A stretch of DNA of 64,000 nucleotides, from NCBI GenBank assembly GCA_017509785.1, contig JAFWOT010000012.1:1544-65543 (forward strand). The letters run 5' to 3'. Below, in pieces: positions 14,280 to 24,700 of the stretch. The stretch's first letter is position 1; each line of letters starts with the position of its first letter. Made by a program: the position numbers and the translations under genes. The notes beneath the pieces are model-generated. The model worked only from the letters and a program-made list of their open reading frames with translations. It was not told where the DNA came from and did no database searches. Source of the DNA: Clostridia bacterium. GTDB lineage: Bacteria > Bacillota > Clostridia > Christensenellales > CAG-138.

Positions 14280-17192
14280 ATGCCGGGAACTTTCACGGAA
14301 CAAAACGTTGAGGATATGGTCATTCATGCAGTCGAATCAAACGGCTGGGACTATATTCGTGCAGATGACCTGCCCAGAGCAGAGTCAGATGTGCTGGTGG
14401 AAAAGCATCTACGTGCTGCCCTTATTAGGCTGAATCCTTGCATCGCGGAAAATCCAGCACATGCTGATACCGTGATCTATAAACTGCGGGCATTGATATC
14501 TACAGTTCGTCCTCACGATCTCGTCACGCAGAATGAACGTTTCAAAAAGCTCATTTTCGAGGAAAACAGCTTCCCCTTCGACAAAGATGGAAGGTCGATC
14601 AGCATCAAGTTCTTCGACTATGATAACCCGGAGAACAACACTTTTGTGGTGACCAATCAGTGGGTGTACCCACAGAAGGTAGGTGGAAAGCGGCTCGACG
14701 TCGTTCTGCTCATCAACGGATTCCCTGTCGCCATCGGAGAAATGAAGTCGCCGGTCAGACCGTCGATTAGCTGGATGGATGGCGCAGGTGATATTCTCGA
14801 TTATGAGAAATCGATTCCGGAAATGTTTGTCACAAACATTCTGAACTTTGCGACTGAGGGCAAGTGCTTCCGATATGGTGCGATCAATGCACCGGTCACC
14901 CTGTGGGGTCCGTGGTATTCCAATATTCCGCATGAAGAAGGCGATCTGACAAAGGTACAGAAAGCCGTTGCCTCTATCACGCGGAAAGAGGTCATCCTTG
15001 ACCTGTTCCGTTATTTCACTTTGTTCTCCACGGATAAACATAACCGCAAGATCAAGATCGTATGCCGTTACCAACAGTATGAAGGTGCAAACCTCATTGT
15101 CGATCGTGTCAAGGCAGGATACCCGAAGAAGGGCTTGATCTGGCATTTCCAGGGTAGCGGTAAATCCCTGCTGATGGTGTTCGCTGCACAGAAGCTTCGC
15201 ATGGTGAAGGAGTTGAATGCGCCGACCGTTATCATCGTAAATGATCGCATTGATCTGAGTGGGCAGATTTTCGGCACCTTCTCCATGGCTGACGTGCCAA
15301 ACCTTGTACCGGCAGACACGAACGCCGAATTGATTCGCCTCCTCAAAGCGGATTCACGTAAAGTGATTATCACTAAGATTTTTGAGTTTGCTCAGATCAA
15401 CGAAGCGATCAACTATCGTGATAACATAATCCTGATGGTGGATGAAGCACACCGGACACAGGAAGGTGACCTCGGTGCAAAAATGCGAATGGCGCTTCCT
15501 AACGCATTCTTTTTCGGCCTGACGGGCACACCCATAAACAAATTGGATCGGAATACGTTTGCCACCTTCGGCGCAACCGAGGATCGTTCAGGTTACATGA
15601 GCCGGTATTCCTTCGCGGATTCCGTCAGCGATAAAGCCACCCTTCCACTGCACTTTGAACCGGTACCGGTCAAGCTGCATGTGGATCAGGCAGCAATCGA
15701 TGAAGCATTTAAGGCTCTTGCCGATGAAGCTGGGCTCACCGAGGAAGAACGCTCGAAGGTCGCGCAGCGCGTTCGTATGGCTGCTATCATGAAGGATCCG
15801 GAACGAATCAAAGCGGTGTGTGCTCATATCGCCGACCATTTCATGTCAAAGGTGAACCCCAACGGATTCAAGGCACAGGTAGTTTGCTACGATAGAGAAT
15901 GCTGTGTGCTATACAAGAAGGAATTGGATAAACTTCTTGGCGAGGCAACGTCTACAATCGTTATGGACACCAATAACGATAAGGCCGATGTGTATAAAAA
16001 ATGGCGTCGTACCCGTGAAGAAGAAGCAAAGGTATTGGATGACTTCCGCGATCCGAATAACCCGCTGCAGATAGTAATCGTAACAAGCAAACTGCTTACT
16101 GGATTCGATGCGCCGATATTACAGGTTATGTACCTTGATAAACCAATGAAGGATCACACTCTGCTTCAGGCCATTTGTCGGACGAATCGTGTATACGGGC
16201 AGGACAAAACATATGGTCTCATTGTTGACTACGTTGGCATTTTCGACGACGTCGCAAAGGCGCTAGCGTTTGACGCAGATGCCGTCGAACGGATCATCAC
16301 CAATATCGAGAGCGTAAAAGCGAAAGTTCCACAGCTTGTGGCGGCTTGCATTGGCTTTTTCCCGGGTGTGGACAGAACCCGTGATGACTGGGAGGGGCTT
16401 GTTGCTGCTCAGGACTGCTTGCCGAATGATGAAATGAAAGATAAGTTCGGCGCACAGTATCGTGTGTTGAATCGCGTTTGGAATGCGCTTTCGCCGGACA
16501 ATTGCCTCAATCCTTTCAAAGAGGACTACAGATGGCTGTCGAAGGTTTACGATTCTATTCGTCCGACCGATGAACGCGGCAAATTGATTTGGGCTGCACT
16601 CGGCCCCAAGACGCTTCAGCTCGTTCATGACAATATCTCCGTTGAAGAAGTTGGTACAGATGAAGACATCCTTGCAATGGATGCCGAAATCATCCAGCGG
16701 TTTATAGAAGGCGATCCAAATGCGGAGAAAAAACGCAGAAAGATCGAAATAGATCTTGCCGCTATTATCCGAAAACACCCGGACGATCCTCGATTTATTG
16801 CGCTTGGCGCACGTATGGAAAAGCTCCGTGAAGAGCATGAGGCAGGCCTGCTTACCAGCATGGAGTTCCTGAAGGCTTTGCTTGAGCTCGCAAAAGATGT
16901 GGCACAGGTGGAAAAAGAAGTTGTGCCAGAGGAAGAAGTCGATAAAGGAAAGGCAGCACTGACATCTCTTTTCCAGAATGTCAAGAATGACAACACCCCT
17001 ATCATAGTCGAACGTATTGTGAATGACATCGATGGGATCGTTAGGATCGTCCGCTTCCCTGGCTGGCAGAACACTTCCACCGGTAGGAAAGAAGTCAGCA
17101 AAAACCTTCGTGATGTTATCATGCGCAAGTACCGGATTAAGGATCAGGAAGTGTTTGCGAAAGCATATAGTTACGTGGAGCAGTACTATTAA
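14280..17192 (+). CDS. hsdR: Type I restriction endonuclease subunit HsdR
   Basis: 970-aa protein. N-terminal nuclease region, Walker A-like HFQGSGKS, DEAH-type box MVDEAHR, helicase C motifs TGFDAP...QAICRTNR. Confidence 0.9.
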   Translation: MPGTFTEQNVEDMVIHAVESNGWDYIRADDLPRAESDVLVEKHLRAALIRLNPCIAENPAHADTVIYKLRALISTVRPHDLVTQNERFKKLIFEENSFPFDKDGRSISIKFFDYDNPENNTFVVTNQWVYPQKVGGKRLDVVLLINGFPVAIGEMKSPVRPSISWMDGAGDILDYEKSIPEMFVTNILNFATEGKCFRYGAINAPVTLWGPWYSNIPHEEGDLTKVQKAVASITRKEVILDLFRYFTLFSTDKHNRKIKIVCRYQQYEGANLIVDRVKAGYPKKGLIWHFQGSGKSLLMVFAAQKLRMVKELNAPTVIIVNDRIDLSGQIFGTFSMADVPNLVPADTNAELIRLLKADSRKVIITKIFEFAQINEAINYRDNIILMVDEAHRTQEGDLGAKMRMALPNAFFFGLTGTPINKLDRNTFATFGATEDRSGYMSRYSFADSVSDKATLPLHFEPVPVKLHVDQAAIDEAFKALADEAGLTEEERSKVAQRVRMAAIMKDPERIKAVCAHIADHFMSKVNPNGFKAQVVCYDRECCVLYKKELDKLLGEATSTIVMDTNNDKADVYKKWRRTREEEAKVLDDFRDPNNPLQIVIVTSKLLTGFDAPILQVMYLDKPMKDHTLLQAICRTNRVYGQDKTYGLIVDYVGIFDDVAKALAFDADAVERIITNIESVKAKVPQLVAACIGFFPGVDRTRDDWEGLVAAQDCLPNDEMKDKFGAQYRVLNRVWNALSPDNCLNPFKEDYRWLSKVYDSIRPTDERGKLIWAALGPKTLQLVHDNISVEEVGTDEDILAMDAEIIQRFIEGDPNAEKKRRKIEIDLAAIIRKHPDDPRFIALGARMEKLREEHEAGLLTSMEFLKALLELAKDVAQVEKEVVPEEEVDKGKAALTSLFQNVKNDNTPIIVERIVNDIDGIVRIVRFPGWQNTSTGRKEVSKNLRDVIMRKYRIKDQEVFAKAYSYVEQYY

Positions 17193-17608
17193 TGCGGAAA
17201 GGGCGGTATGCGATGGAACCAATTGAACTAAACAATAGCACGTTTTCTAGGAGCATCCTTGATAAAGCCACCTTCTTTCAAATTGCAGAAGGCGGCGCAA
17301 TGGGAGAACCCGGAGGGATTATTATTCTAACTGAAGACGGGACAGTTTATCATGCGAATTATTGCTTTGGTGACCTGAAATGGGAAACCATCCAGCACGC
17401 ATTTCCTATCATAGAGCAATGCCGATTTGGGATGTTTGGGATTGACTCGGAAGTTCCTAATGGGTGGAACTATGTAAATCTTGGAATGGGAAACCATCTG
17501 ATAGTTCGGCAAGACCGATATGATAAATTCTCGCCGTTAATATCCGATTGCAAATCCCCCGGCGAGATTTATCAGAAGTGGCTAGGCTATGCGAAAAGCA
17601 TCGATTAA
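17192..17608 (+). CDS. Hypothetical protein
   Basis: ATG overlaps the hsdR stop; an alternative ATG lies at 17213. I recognise no motif. Confidence 0.4.
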   Translation: MRKGRYAMEPIELNNSTFSRSILDKATFFQIAEGGAMGEPGGIIILTEDGTVYHANYCFGDLKWETIQHAFPIIEQCRFGMFGIDSEVPNGWNYVNLGMGNHLIVRQDRYDKFSPLISDCKSPGEIYQKWLGYAKSID

Positions 17609-17640
17609 TCACGGTATTGATACTTACGAGGTATTAACCT

Positions 17641-18618
17641 ATGGAAAACGACCCAAAACTTCGCCCATTGTATCTGGCGAAAATCTTATATGAACGTACT
17701 GACGAGGATCATTATCTGACCACGGCGCAGTTGATGGAAATCCTCGATAAAGAATACGGCTTCAAAGTGCATCGGCAGACGATTCCGGCCGATGTGGAAG
17801 CGCTGCGTTCCTTTGGCATGGAGATTCAGGAAGTGATGTCCGCCCAGAAGCGCTACAACCTGATCAGCCGGGAGTACGATGTCGCTGAGCTGAAGCTCCT
17901 GATCGATGCGGTGGAGTCTTCCAAGTTCATCACCAAGAAAAAGAGCGAGGAGCTGGTGGCCAAGCTATCCAAAATAGCCGGCCAGCATCAGGCTGAGAAG
18001 CTGAAGCGCAACATTTCTCCCGAGGACCGTATCAAATACGATAACGAGAGCATTTACCTGATCATTGACGGGATCAACGAGGCCATCAATGCCGGAAAGA
18101 AGATCTCCTTCCTGTACTTCAAGTATGATGTCCGGAAGGAGCAGAAGCTGCGAAATGATGGGAAGCCGTGGACTTTCAGCCCGCACCGGCTGGTCTGGAA
18201 CGGTGATTTCTATTACATGGTCGGCGTCTTTGATAACGGCAAGAAGGTCGGGACCTTCCGTTTGGACCGGATCCTTAAGCGCCCTGATATCCTGGAGGAA
18301 GACGCTCTTCCCTTCCCGAAAGGCTTTGATTTTGAGAAGTATCTGCAGACGAGCTTTCGGATGTACGGAACAGAGTATACAACCGTGGATCTCATCTGTA
18401 AGAACGATCTGATGGACGCGATCCTGGACAAGTTCGGCAAGGATATCACCACATATGCCTATGACATGGAAAACTTCCGTGCCGAGGTAGATGTTGTGGT
18501 CAGCAGCGTCTTCTTCAGCTGGGTATTTGGATTCGAAGGAGAGGTCGTGATCAACGGACCCGCAGATGTGAAGGAAAAGTATAAAGAGATGGTTCTGAAG
18601 GCGGCAGAGAAGGTATGA
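17641..18618 (+). CDS. WYL-domain transcriptional regulator (BrxR/CapW-like architecture: wHTH + WYL + C-terminal domain)
   Basis: N-terminal winged helix (YLTTAQLMEILDKEYGFKVHRQTIPADVEAL). WYL core ISFLYFKYD...FSPHRLVWNGDFYYMVG...GTFRLDRI. Confidence 0.8.
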   Translation: MENDPKLRPLYLAKILYERTDEDHYLTTAQLMEILDKEYGFKVHRQTIPADVEALRSFGMEIQEVMSAQKRYNLISREYDVAELKLLIDAVESSKFITKKKSEELVAKLSKIAGQHQAEKLKRNISPEDRIKYDNESIYLIIDGINEAINAGKKISFLYFKYDVRKEQKLRNDGKPWTFSPHRLVWNGDFYYMVGVFDNGKKVGTFRLDRILKRPDILEEDALPFPKGFDFEKYLQTSFRMYGTEYTTVDLICKNDLMDAILDKFGKDITTYAYDMENFRAEVDVVVSSVFFSWVFGFEGEVVINGPADVKEKYKEMVLKAAEKV

Positions 18619-18629
18619 GGTAAACATAT

Positions 18630-19859
18630 ATGCAGCTTGGTTGGGTGGATTTTTCAAAAGCAGATCGAGAGAAAGTTCTTGATGTAATGAACCTGTTACA
18701 GGAACAGGGAGCGGTCGATGAGATTGGCATCGGCCTTATTCGCGATGCTTTTGCAAACTATTTTTTCCCTGGAACATCTACTGTTCAGACCAGAGCTAAG
18801 TATTTCTTTATCGTCCCGTATATCCTTCAGGAAGCAATATCAGGGAAGTATGGCAACCAGGTCAATTCAATACTGCAGAAGATTGATGCCGAAGAAAAGA
18901 ATTGTGGACTTCTTCTTTATCAGAAGTCTCTTGATGAAGGAATCAATCCCATTGGCGTCGGTATCATCGGCGCCAGAGTGCTTCCTCAAAACTGGGTGGC
19001 AAGAAAACCGTCAAATATCTATTGGAACGGCATAAGGACGTATCACATTTTTGAGCAGGAAAACATGACCATTCCAGATATGGTCAGATTATCCGTGCTT
19101 ATGCGAGCCCAGGCGAAGCCAGACAAGTTGGGCAATCGCAGAGATGATGCAGAGGAAGGCGAAAAAGATGACATCGACGCCGGGAGAAATGAATCCATAC
19201 ACTTTTTTGATCTTCCAGAAATGATAGATATGGATTGGCGCAACCATCTGGATATTGCATTAACAGAAACCGAAGCGTCTTTTCTGCGTACAAAGATAGA
19301 GAGATCCGTCACGGATACTCTGCTGGCATACATCTTGAGGAATAATATTGATCTAGCAAAATATGATCGGTTTGAACAACTGTATGCAGATCTAAAGGAC
19401 GTTGTGCCTGCTGAAATGGCAGACATAATGAAACTGGCATGCGACTTCAACCGCCTGGTATATGCTGCACGTGTGCGTTATAACATGATCCTTTCGAGAG
19501 GGCTGAATGAAGCTGCGCTTTCAGAGTGGGAACAGATAGAAAGCAATATAGCATGGTACACGAGTGTAGATCTTGAGTCTGTCTTAGCATTTCTTGGGAG
19601 ACCAGACTTTCGCTTGCGCAGGTTTTTGCTCAATCTACAGGCAGCATTAAGATCACACGATATCGAAAAGGCCGATGAAATCATAGTATCCAGAGAGATT
19701 GAATTAAAGACCAGGGCAAGAGCGAAACTTTGCCATTCGGAGGACTATAACCCCAACAACTGGGTCGGCGGTCGTTATCTCGATTATCGTTTTGACGACG
19801 CCAAACAGATTGTGTCAGACATATATGATGGAGAGGAGGTTGCTCATGTTTCGGACTAA
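18630..19859 (+). CDS. Hypothetical protein, first gene of the PLD/helicase module (possibly a DUF-only family such as DUF6361; unverified)
   Basis: 409-aa protein. The conserved-looking N-terminus is WVDFSKADREKVLDVMNLL...VDEIGIGLIRDAFANYFFPGTSTVQTRAKYFFIVPY. No catalytic motif is recognisable. Confidence 0.5.
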   Translation: MQLGWVDFSKADREKVLDVMNLLQEQGAVDEIGIGLIRDAFANYFFPGTSTVQTRAKYFFIVPYILQEAISGKYGNQVNSILQKIDAEEKNCGLLLYQKSLDEGINPIGVGIIGARVLPQNWVARKPSNIYWNGIRTYHIFEQENMTIPDMVRLSVLMRAQAKPDKLGNRRDDAEEGEKDDIDAGRNESIHFFDLPEMIDMDWRNHLDIALTETEASFLRTKIERSVTDTLLAYILRNNIDLAKYDRFEQLYADLKDVVPAEMADIMKLACDFNRLVYAARVRYNMILSRGLNEAALSEWEQIESNIAWYTSVDLESVLAFLGRPDFRLRRFLLNLQAALRSHDIEKADEIIVSREIELKTRARAKLCHSEDYNPNNWVGGRYLDYRFDDAKQIVSDIYDGEEVAHVSD

Positions 19860-21687
19860 CAGCAATCAGGACCGTGTGAATTATAGCAACGCTCTTCTTC
19901 CTCCGGATGGATATGTGCTGGAAAAAGCTGTTGGTACTACGTATTCATTGGACCTTGAAGCACTGACGGCTGTATGCATTGCGCTGGGGCTAAAAGAGGA
20001 TCCCGACAGTGACCTCCTGCAGAATCCAATCAGCATGCTTAATGCGCTGGTAAAGGTCTCGGAGAAAATACTGGTTTTCTGTGAAGCAGGACAGATAAAA
20101 AAGCCGTCGACACCTTCTCCGCTCATGTTGCTCTTGGATAAAATGGTTATTCCGGTTACCTTACCTCGGAAGCAGAAAGAAAGCAGGTTCCCGTCTTTTC
20201 ATCCTAAAACATGGGTTCTGCAGTATTGCAATCAGGAAGGGAACCGTAAGTATCGGTTTGTCGTATTGAGTCGTAACCTGACATTTGACAGAAGCTGGGA
20301 TGTCAGTGTGTGCATTGAAAGCTCTGATGATGTCACGCAACCGGAGAAAACGAAACCAGTTATTTCGTTCCTGGAGTTTCTGAGGAAACAGATTGATAGA
20401 ACCAGACCAGACTGTCAAAAGAAGCGGCAGCTTGTCAAAGAATTGTGCTCAGAATTGAATGAAGTTTCTTTTTCGCTGGGTGACAAAAGATTTGGCGAGA
20501 ATTTCACGATTATGCCCCTTGGGATCGGGACAGATGGTTTTGATTTAACAAAAGACCCCTTGTATTTTCAGGGGCTGTATCAAGCAGACTATTCTTTTCA
20601 TGAGTTAGTCGTTTTTTCTCCATTCCTCAGCAGTTCTGTCATTGATTATTGGAACAGACCAGAGCACACCCTGACCAATACAACCAGGACATTGATAACA
20701 AGGCGCTCCGAGCTACCCAAACTGACAGCTGATCAGGTCAGCCGCTTTCGTGTTTATGTCCTAAAGGATGACATTGTAGATGGTGAGGAATACATATCGG
20801 ACGAAGCTTCAGAAAAACAAAAGCAGGATATCCACGCAAAAATCTATATCCGACGGAAATATGGCGATGTTGACCTCTACATGGGGTCTATGAACGCATC
20901 TTATGCGGCGATACATGAAAATGTCGAGATGATGGTTCGCATAGGAACCCGGTGGAAGTATTACGACGGGCAAACCTTCTTGAAGGAGATCTTTTGCGGA
21001 GAAGAGAATTCTCCGGCAAACCCGTTTGAGGAAGTTCAGGTCCCTGCTGAGAAACAGGATGTCCCAGAGGATGAAACAAAAGTCCTTGAGCAGGTGATCA
21101 AAGAATTCTGCCGCCTCAAAAAGCGGGCAGAGGTTGTCTCTTCAGGTGAGAAATATAATGTGGTTGTGCACCTGGACGGAACGCTTAGAAGCGGAGACGT
21201 GGAGGTAACCTTGGCACCACTGCGGAGGCCGAATTTTAGTCCTCTTAATGGAGAAATGGTTTTCCATGATATGGAACTCCTTCAGCTAACAGACTTTTAT
21301 CAAGTCAAGGTGAAACGAGAGTCTGCAGAAGTAACCCGTATTATCACGATTCCGACATCTGGACTTCCGGAAGAAAGAGAAAGCGCTGTTGTGAACAGCG
21401 TAATCAAAGATAAGCGCAGTTTTGTTGAATATATCGCCTTTATTTTGGGAGACGATTATCTGCTCACACTGCTTGAAGAGTCTATTCTGGGCAAATCCGG
21501 ATTCTACGGCAATCAGGCTGATCGGCTGCCAGCATTGTACGAGAAAATGCTCAAGACAGCGCTTGAAGAGCCAGCTCGGTTAAAAGAAATCGAATATGTC
21601 CTTAAAATGATTCATGATAAGGATATCATTCCAGACGAATTCAGGGCACTCTACGGTACATTTAAAGCAACACTCGGCCTGGGCTGA
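19846..21687 (+). CDS. Phospholipase D (PLD) family nuclease-like protein
   Basis: Two HxK motifs: FHPKTWVLQ...VVLSRNLTFD and IHAKIYIRR...YMGSMNAS. ATG at 19846 follows GGAGAGGAGG and overlaps the upstream gene by 14 nt. Confidence 0.8.
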   Translation: MFRTNSNQDRVNYSNALLPPDGYVLEKAVGTTYSLDLEALTAVCIALGLKEDPDSDLLQNPISMLNALVKVSEKILVFCEAGQIKKPSTPSPLMLLLDKMVIPVTLPRKQKESRFPSFHPKTWVLQYCNQEGNRKYRFVVLSRNLTFDRSWDVSVCIESSDDVTQPEKTKPVISFLEFLRKQIDRTRPDCQKKRQLVKELCSELNEVSFSLGDKRFGENFTIMPLGIGTDGFDLTKDPLYFQGLYQADYSFHELVVFSPFLSSSVIDYWNRPEHTLTNTTRTLITRRSELPKLTADQVSRFRVYVLKDDIVDGEEYISDEASEKQKQDIHAKIYIRRKYGDVDLYMGSMNASYAAIHENVEMMVRIGTRWKYYDGQTFLKEIFCGEENSPANPFEEVQVPAEKQDVPEDETKVLEQVIKEFCRLKKRAEVVSSGEKYNVVVHLDGTLRSGDVEVTLAPLRRPNFSPLNGEMVFHDMELLQLTDFYQVKVKRESAEVTRIITIPTSGLPEERESAVVNSVIKDKRSFVEYIAFILGDDYLLTLLEESILGKSGFYGNQADRLPALYEKMLKTALEEPARLKEIEYVLKMIHDKDIIPDEFRALYGTFKATLGLG

Positions 21688-21707
21688 TTTCAGGAGATGA
21701 CTGACAG

Positions 21708-24700
21708 ATGAAATTCGATATAGACAGAACAGAATATCTGACCATGAATGTCCTGAAGGATTTCCAGAGAGCGACCGTGGAGCGTATTGACGCTCTCTTC
21801 CGGAAAGGACAAGGGCGTATTCTTGTTGCCGATGAAGTCGGTATGGGTAAAACCTTAATAGCGAGAGGTGTCATCGTCAAAACTGCCCGGCTGCGGCTCG
21901 AAGAGGGAGATGACCTGTTTAAAGTTGTCTATATTTGTTCAAACATCAGCATCGCAAACCAGAATATTCGCAAACTGAAGGTCTCTGACAGCGCTACCAT
22001 TGAAGGAGTTTCCGATACCAGACTTTCTATGCAGCATCTAAAAATCACCCAGCAGGAACTCGATCCCGAACTTCGTGATGGATACATTCAGCTGATTCCG
22101 TTGACGCCTGATACCTCGTTCCGCATGACCACAGGAGGCGGAACCGTAAATGAGCGAGCGTTAATGTATGCAGTGCTCCGCAGAATGCCTGAATTTTCCG
22201 ATGTTCTCACTGAATTAAGGAGTTTTCTTAAGTATTCGGTTTCCAAGGAGGACAGCTGGAATTACTATATAGATCTTTATGAAGGCTATGTAAAAAGCTG
22301 TGAAGACAGGACCCAAGGACGTTATCCTTATGATTTGATTGATTGTATTCGCGACTATGATCGAGAAGAATCAATAAATGCTCTGTTAAAGCAGCATTTA
22401 CAAGAGCGGATGACGAAGCAACATCCGTCACATTCTGGCACGTTTGTTTTGAACAAGCTGAGAGTCATGTTCGCAAGGCTCAGTACACAGATGCTTGAAC
22501 CGGACCTTGTAATCATGGATGAATTCCAGCGCTTCAGGTTCCTGATTAACTCTGACCGGGAATCTGACACTGGTATTTTGGCTCATCAGTTTTTAGAAGG
22601 CGGAAATGTAAGAATTCTGCTTCTTTCGGCCACACCCTATAAACTCTATTCCACACTGGAGGAAATCGATGATGCGGCAGGCGTCGATGAACACTACAGA
22701 GAATTCCTGCAGGTGATGGATTTCCTCTTTAAAGGAAACACCAAAGACTTCCGTAAGGTTTGGTCGGATTATAATGTTGCTCTTCATGAATTGCATGATG
22801 GCGATACATCCATTATTCGTGTAAAAGACGCTGCAGAAGACGCGATGTATCAGGGCGTTTGCCGGACAGAACGGATTTCAGTCATGGAGTCCGGGGACTA
22901 CACAGATGACAGTAGTGTAAAGTTCCCGATTTCGGTGTCGGAAGAAGACATTCGCTCATTCCTTGCGATGGGAACTCTGTTAAAAGAGATTGGGGCGTCG
23001 TTCTCGCTTCCTGTTGACTATGCAAAAAGCAGCCCCTTCCTAATGTCTTTTATGCGCAACTATAAAGTAAAACAGCACATTGAGCGTTACTTCCAAAAGC
23101 ATACAGAGGATGTGAAGCTGGCTGATAAAGATCTCTTGTGGGTCGATCCAGAACAGGTTAATGCCTATCGGGCCCTTCCTGCGTCAAATGCTCGTTTGGA
23201 AAAGTTGAAGGAACTCGCTTTTGAAAACCATGCTGAAATGTATCTGTGGGTTCCTCCATCAAAACCGTATTATGAGATGCAGGGAGTTTATAGGAATAGT
23301 CATCATTTTTCCAAGATACTGGTCTTTTCCGCATGGGAAATGGTACCGCGAATGATAGGTGCCATGATTTCGTATGAAGCAGAATGCCGTACTGTCGGAC
23401 GTGTTTGCGCAAATGCAGAAGGAATTGAAGAGAAAAACAGGACTTATAATGCAGAACGCAGATATCCGTACCCACGCTTGAAGTTCTCTGTAAGCGGGAA
23501 TACACCGCAAAGGATGACATTGTTCTGCCTTTTATACCCGTCTGCGACATTGGCAGATTTATTCGACCCTGTTCAAGCGCTGAATGCAGATTTGACATTG
23601 GCAGAAATTGAAGCTGGCATCAGATCACAAGTGATGACGCGCTTGCGTGATCTCCGAAAATATACAACTGCAGAAATGAGGACTGCCGACGCCAGATGGT
23701 ATTATATTGCTCCGATGCTGATGGATGGTATTGAATATACCGAGAATTGGATCGAAGCACTGAACCGATCAATGGAGAACGCCTCTGAAGATGGTGAAGA
23801 CGGAATATCCAGTGACCGTGGCAATAAGGCATTCAGTATGCATGTTGGACGGCTATTGGAGCTGATTACTCAAGGCGACAAACTGTCTTTGGGTCCCATG
23901 CCGGAAGATCTTACGGAAACGCTTGTGAACATGACGCTGGGATCCCCTGCCGTTTGTATTTACAGGTCTAACAGAAAGAACGTTATCTATGCAACAGCAT
24001 TGGCCAAGACGTTCCTGAACTACTTCAATACTACGGAATCTACTGCTGTTATCCAGCTCGCTGCAGAACAATACCGGGCTGAGTCTCAGGATGATACCGT
24101 CTACTGGAAGGATGTTTTGCTCTACTGCAAAAACGGATGTTTTCAGGCAATGTTTGATGAATACCGGCATCTGATATCTGACGCCGCAGGCTTCTCTGCA
24201 GCATCACAAAAGGAGGCACGGATCCAGAGAACAATGCTGGAGGATCTTCGTATCCATACGGCTTCTTATGATGTTGATACTTATGAGAAATTCCAGAACC
24301 GGATCCAGGGAGAAAAGGGCCGAAACCTGATGAGAGCGCATTATGCGGTCGGTTTCGTCAATAATGAGGGTACGGATAATCAAAAGGACGCGAACAGGAA
24401 AGACAGTATTCGTGGAGCTTTTAACTCTCCCCTGAAGCCATTTGTCCTGGCAACAACATCTATCGGACAGGAAGGACTGGATTTCCATAACTACTGCAGG
24501 AGAATAATGCACTGGAATCTTCCCGGAAATCCCATTGATTTGGAGCAGCGTGAAGGCAGAATCAACCGCTTTAAGTGCCTGGCAATCCGGCAGAATGTTG
24601 CTGAAAAGTATGGCACGATTCACTTTTATGATGATATTTGGAAAGAGATGTTTGAAGCGGCGGAATCTGAGAAAGCCTCTTCTCAGTCAGATTTGGTGCC

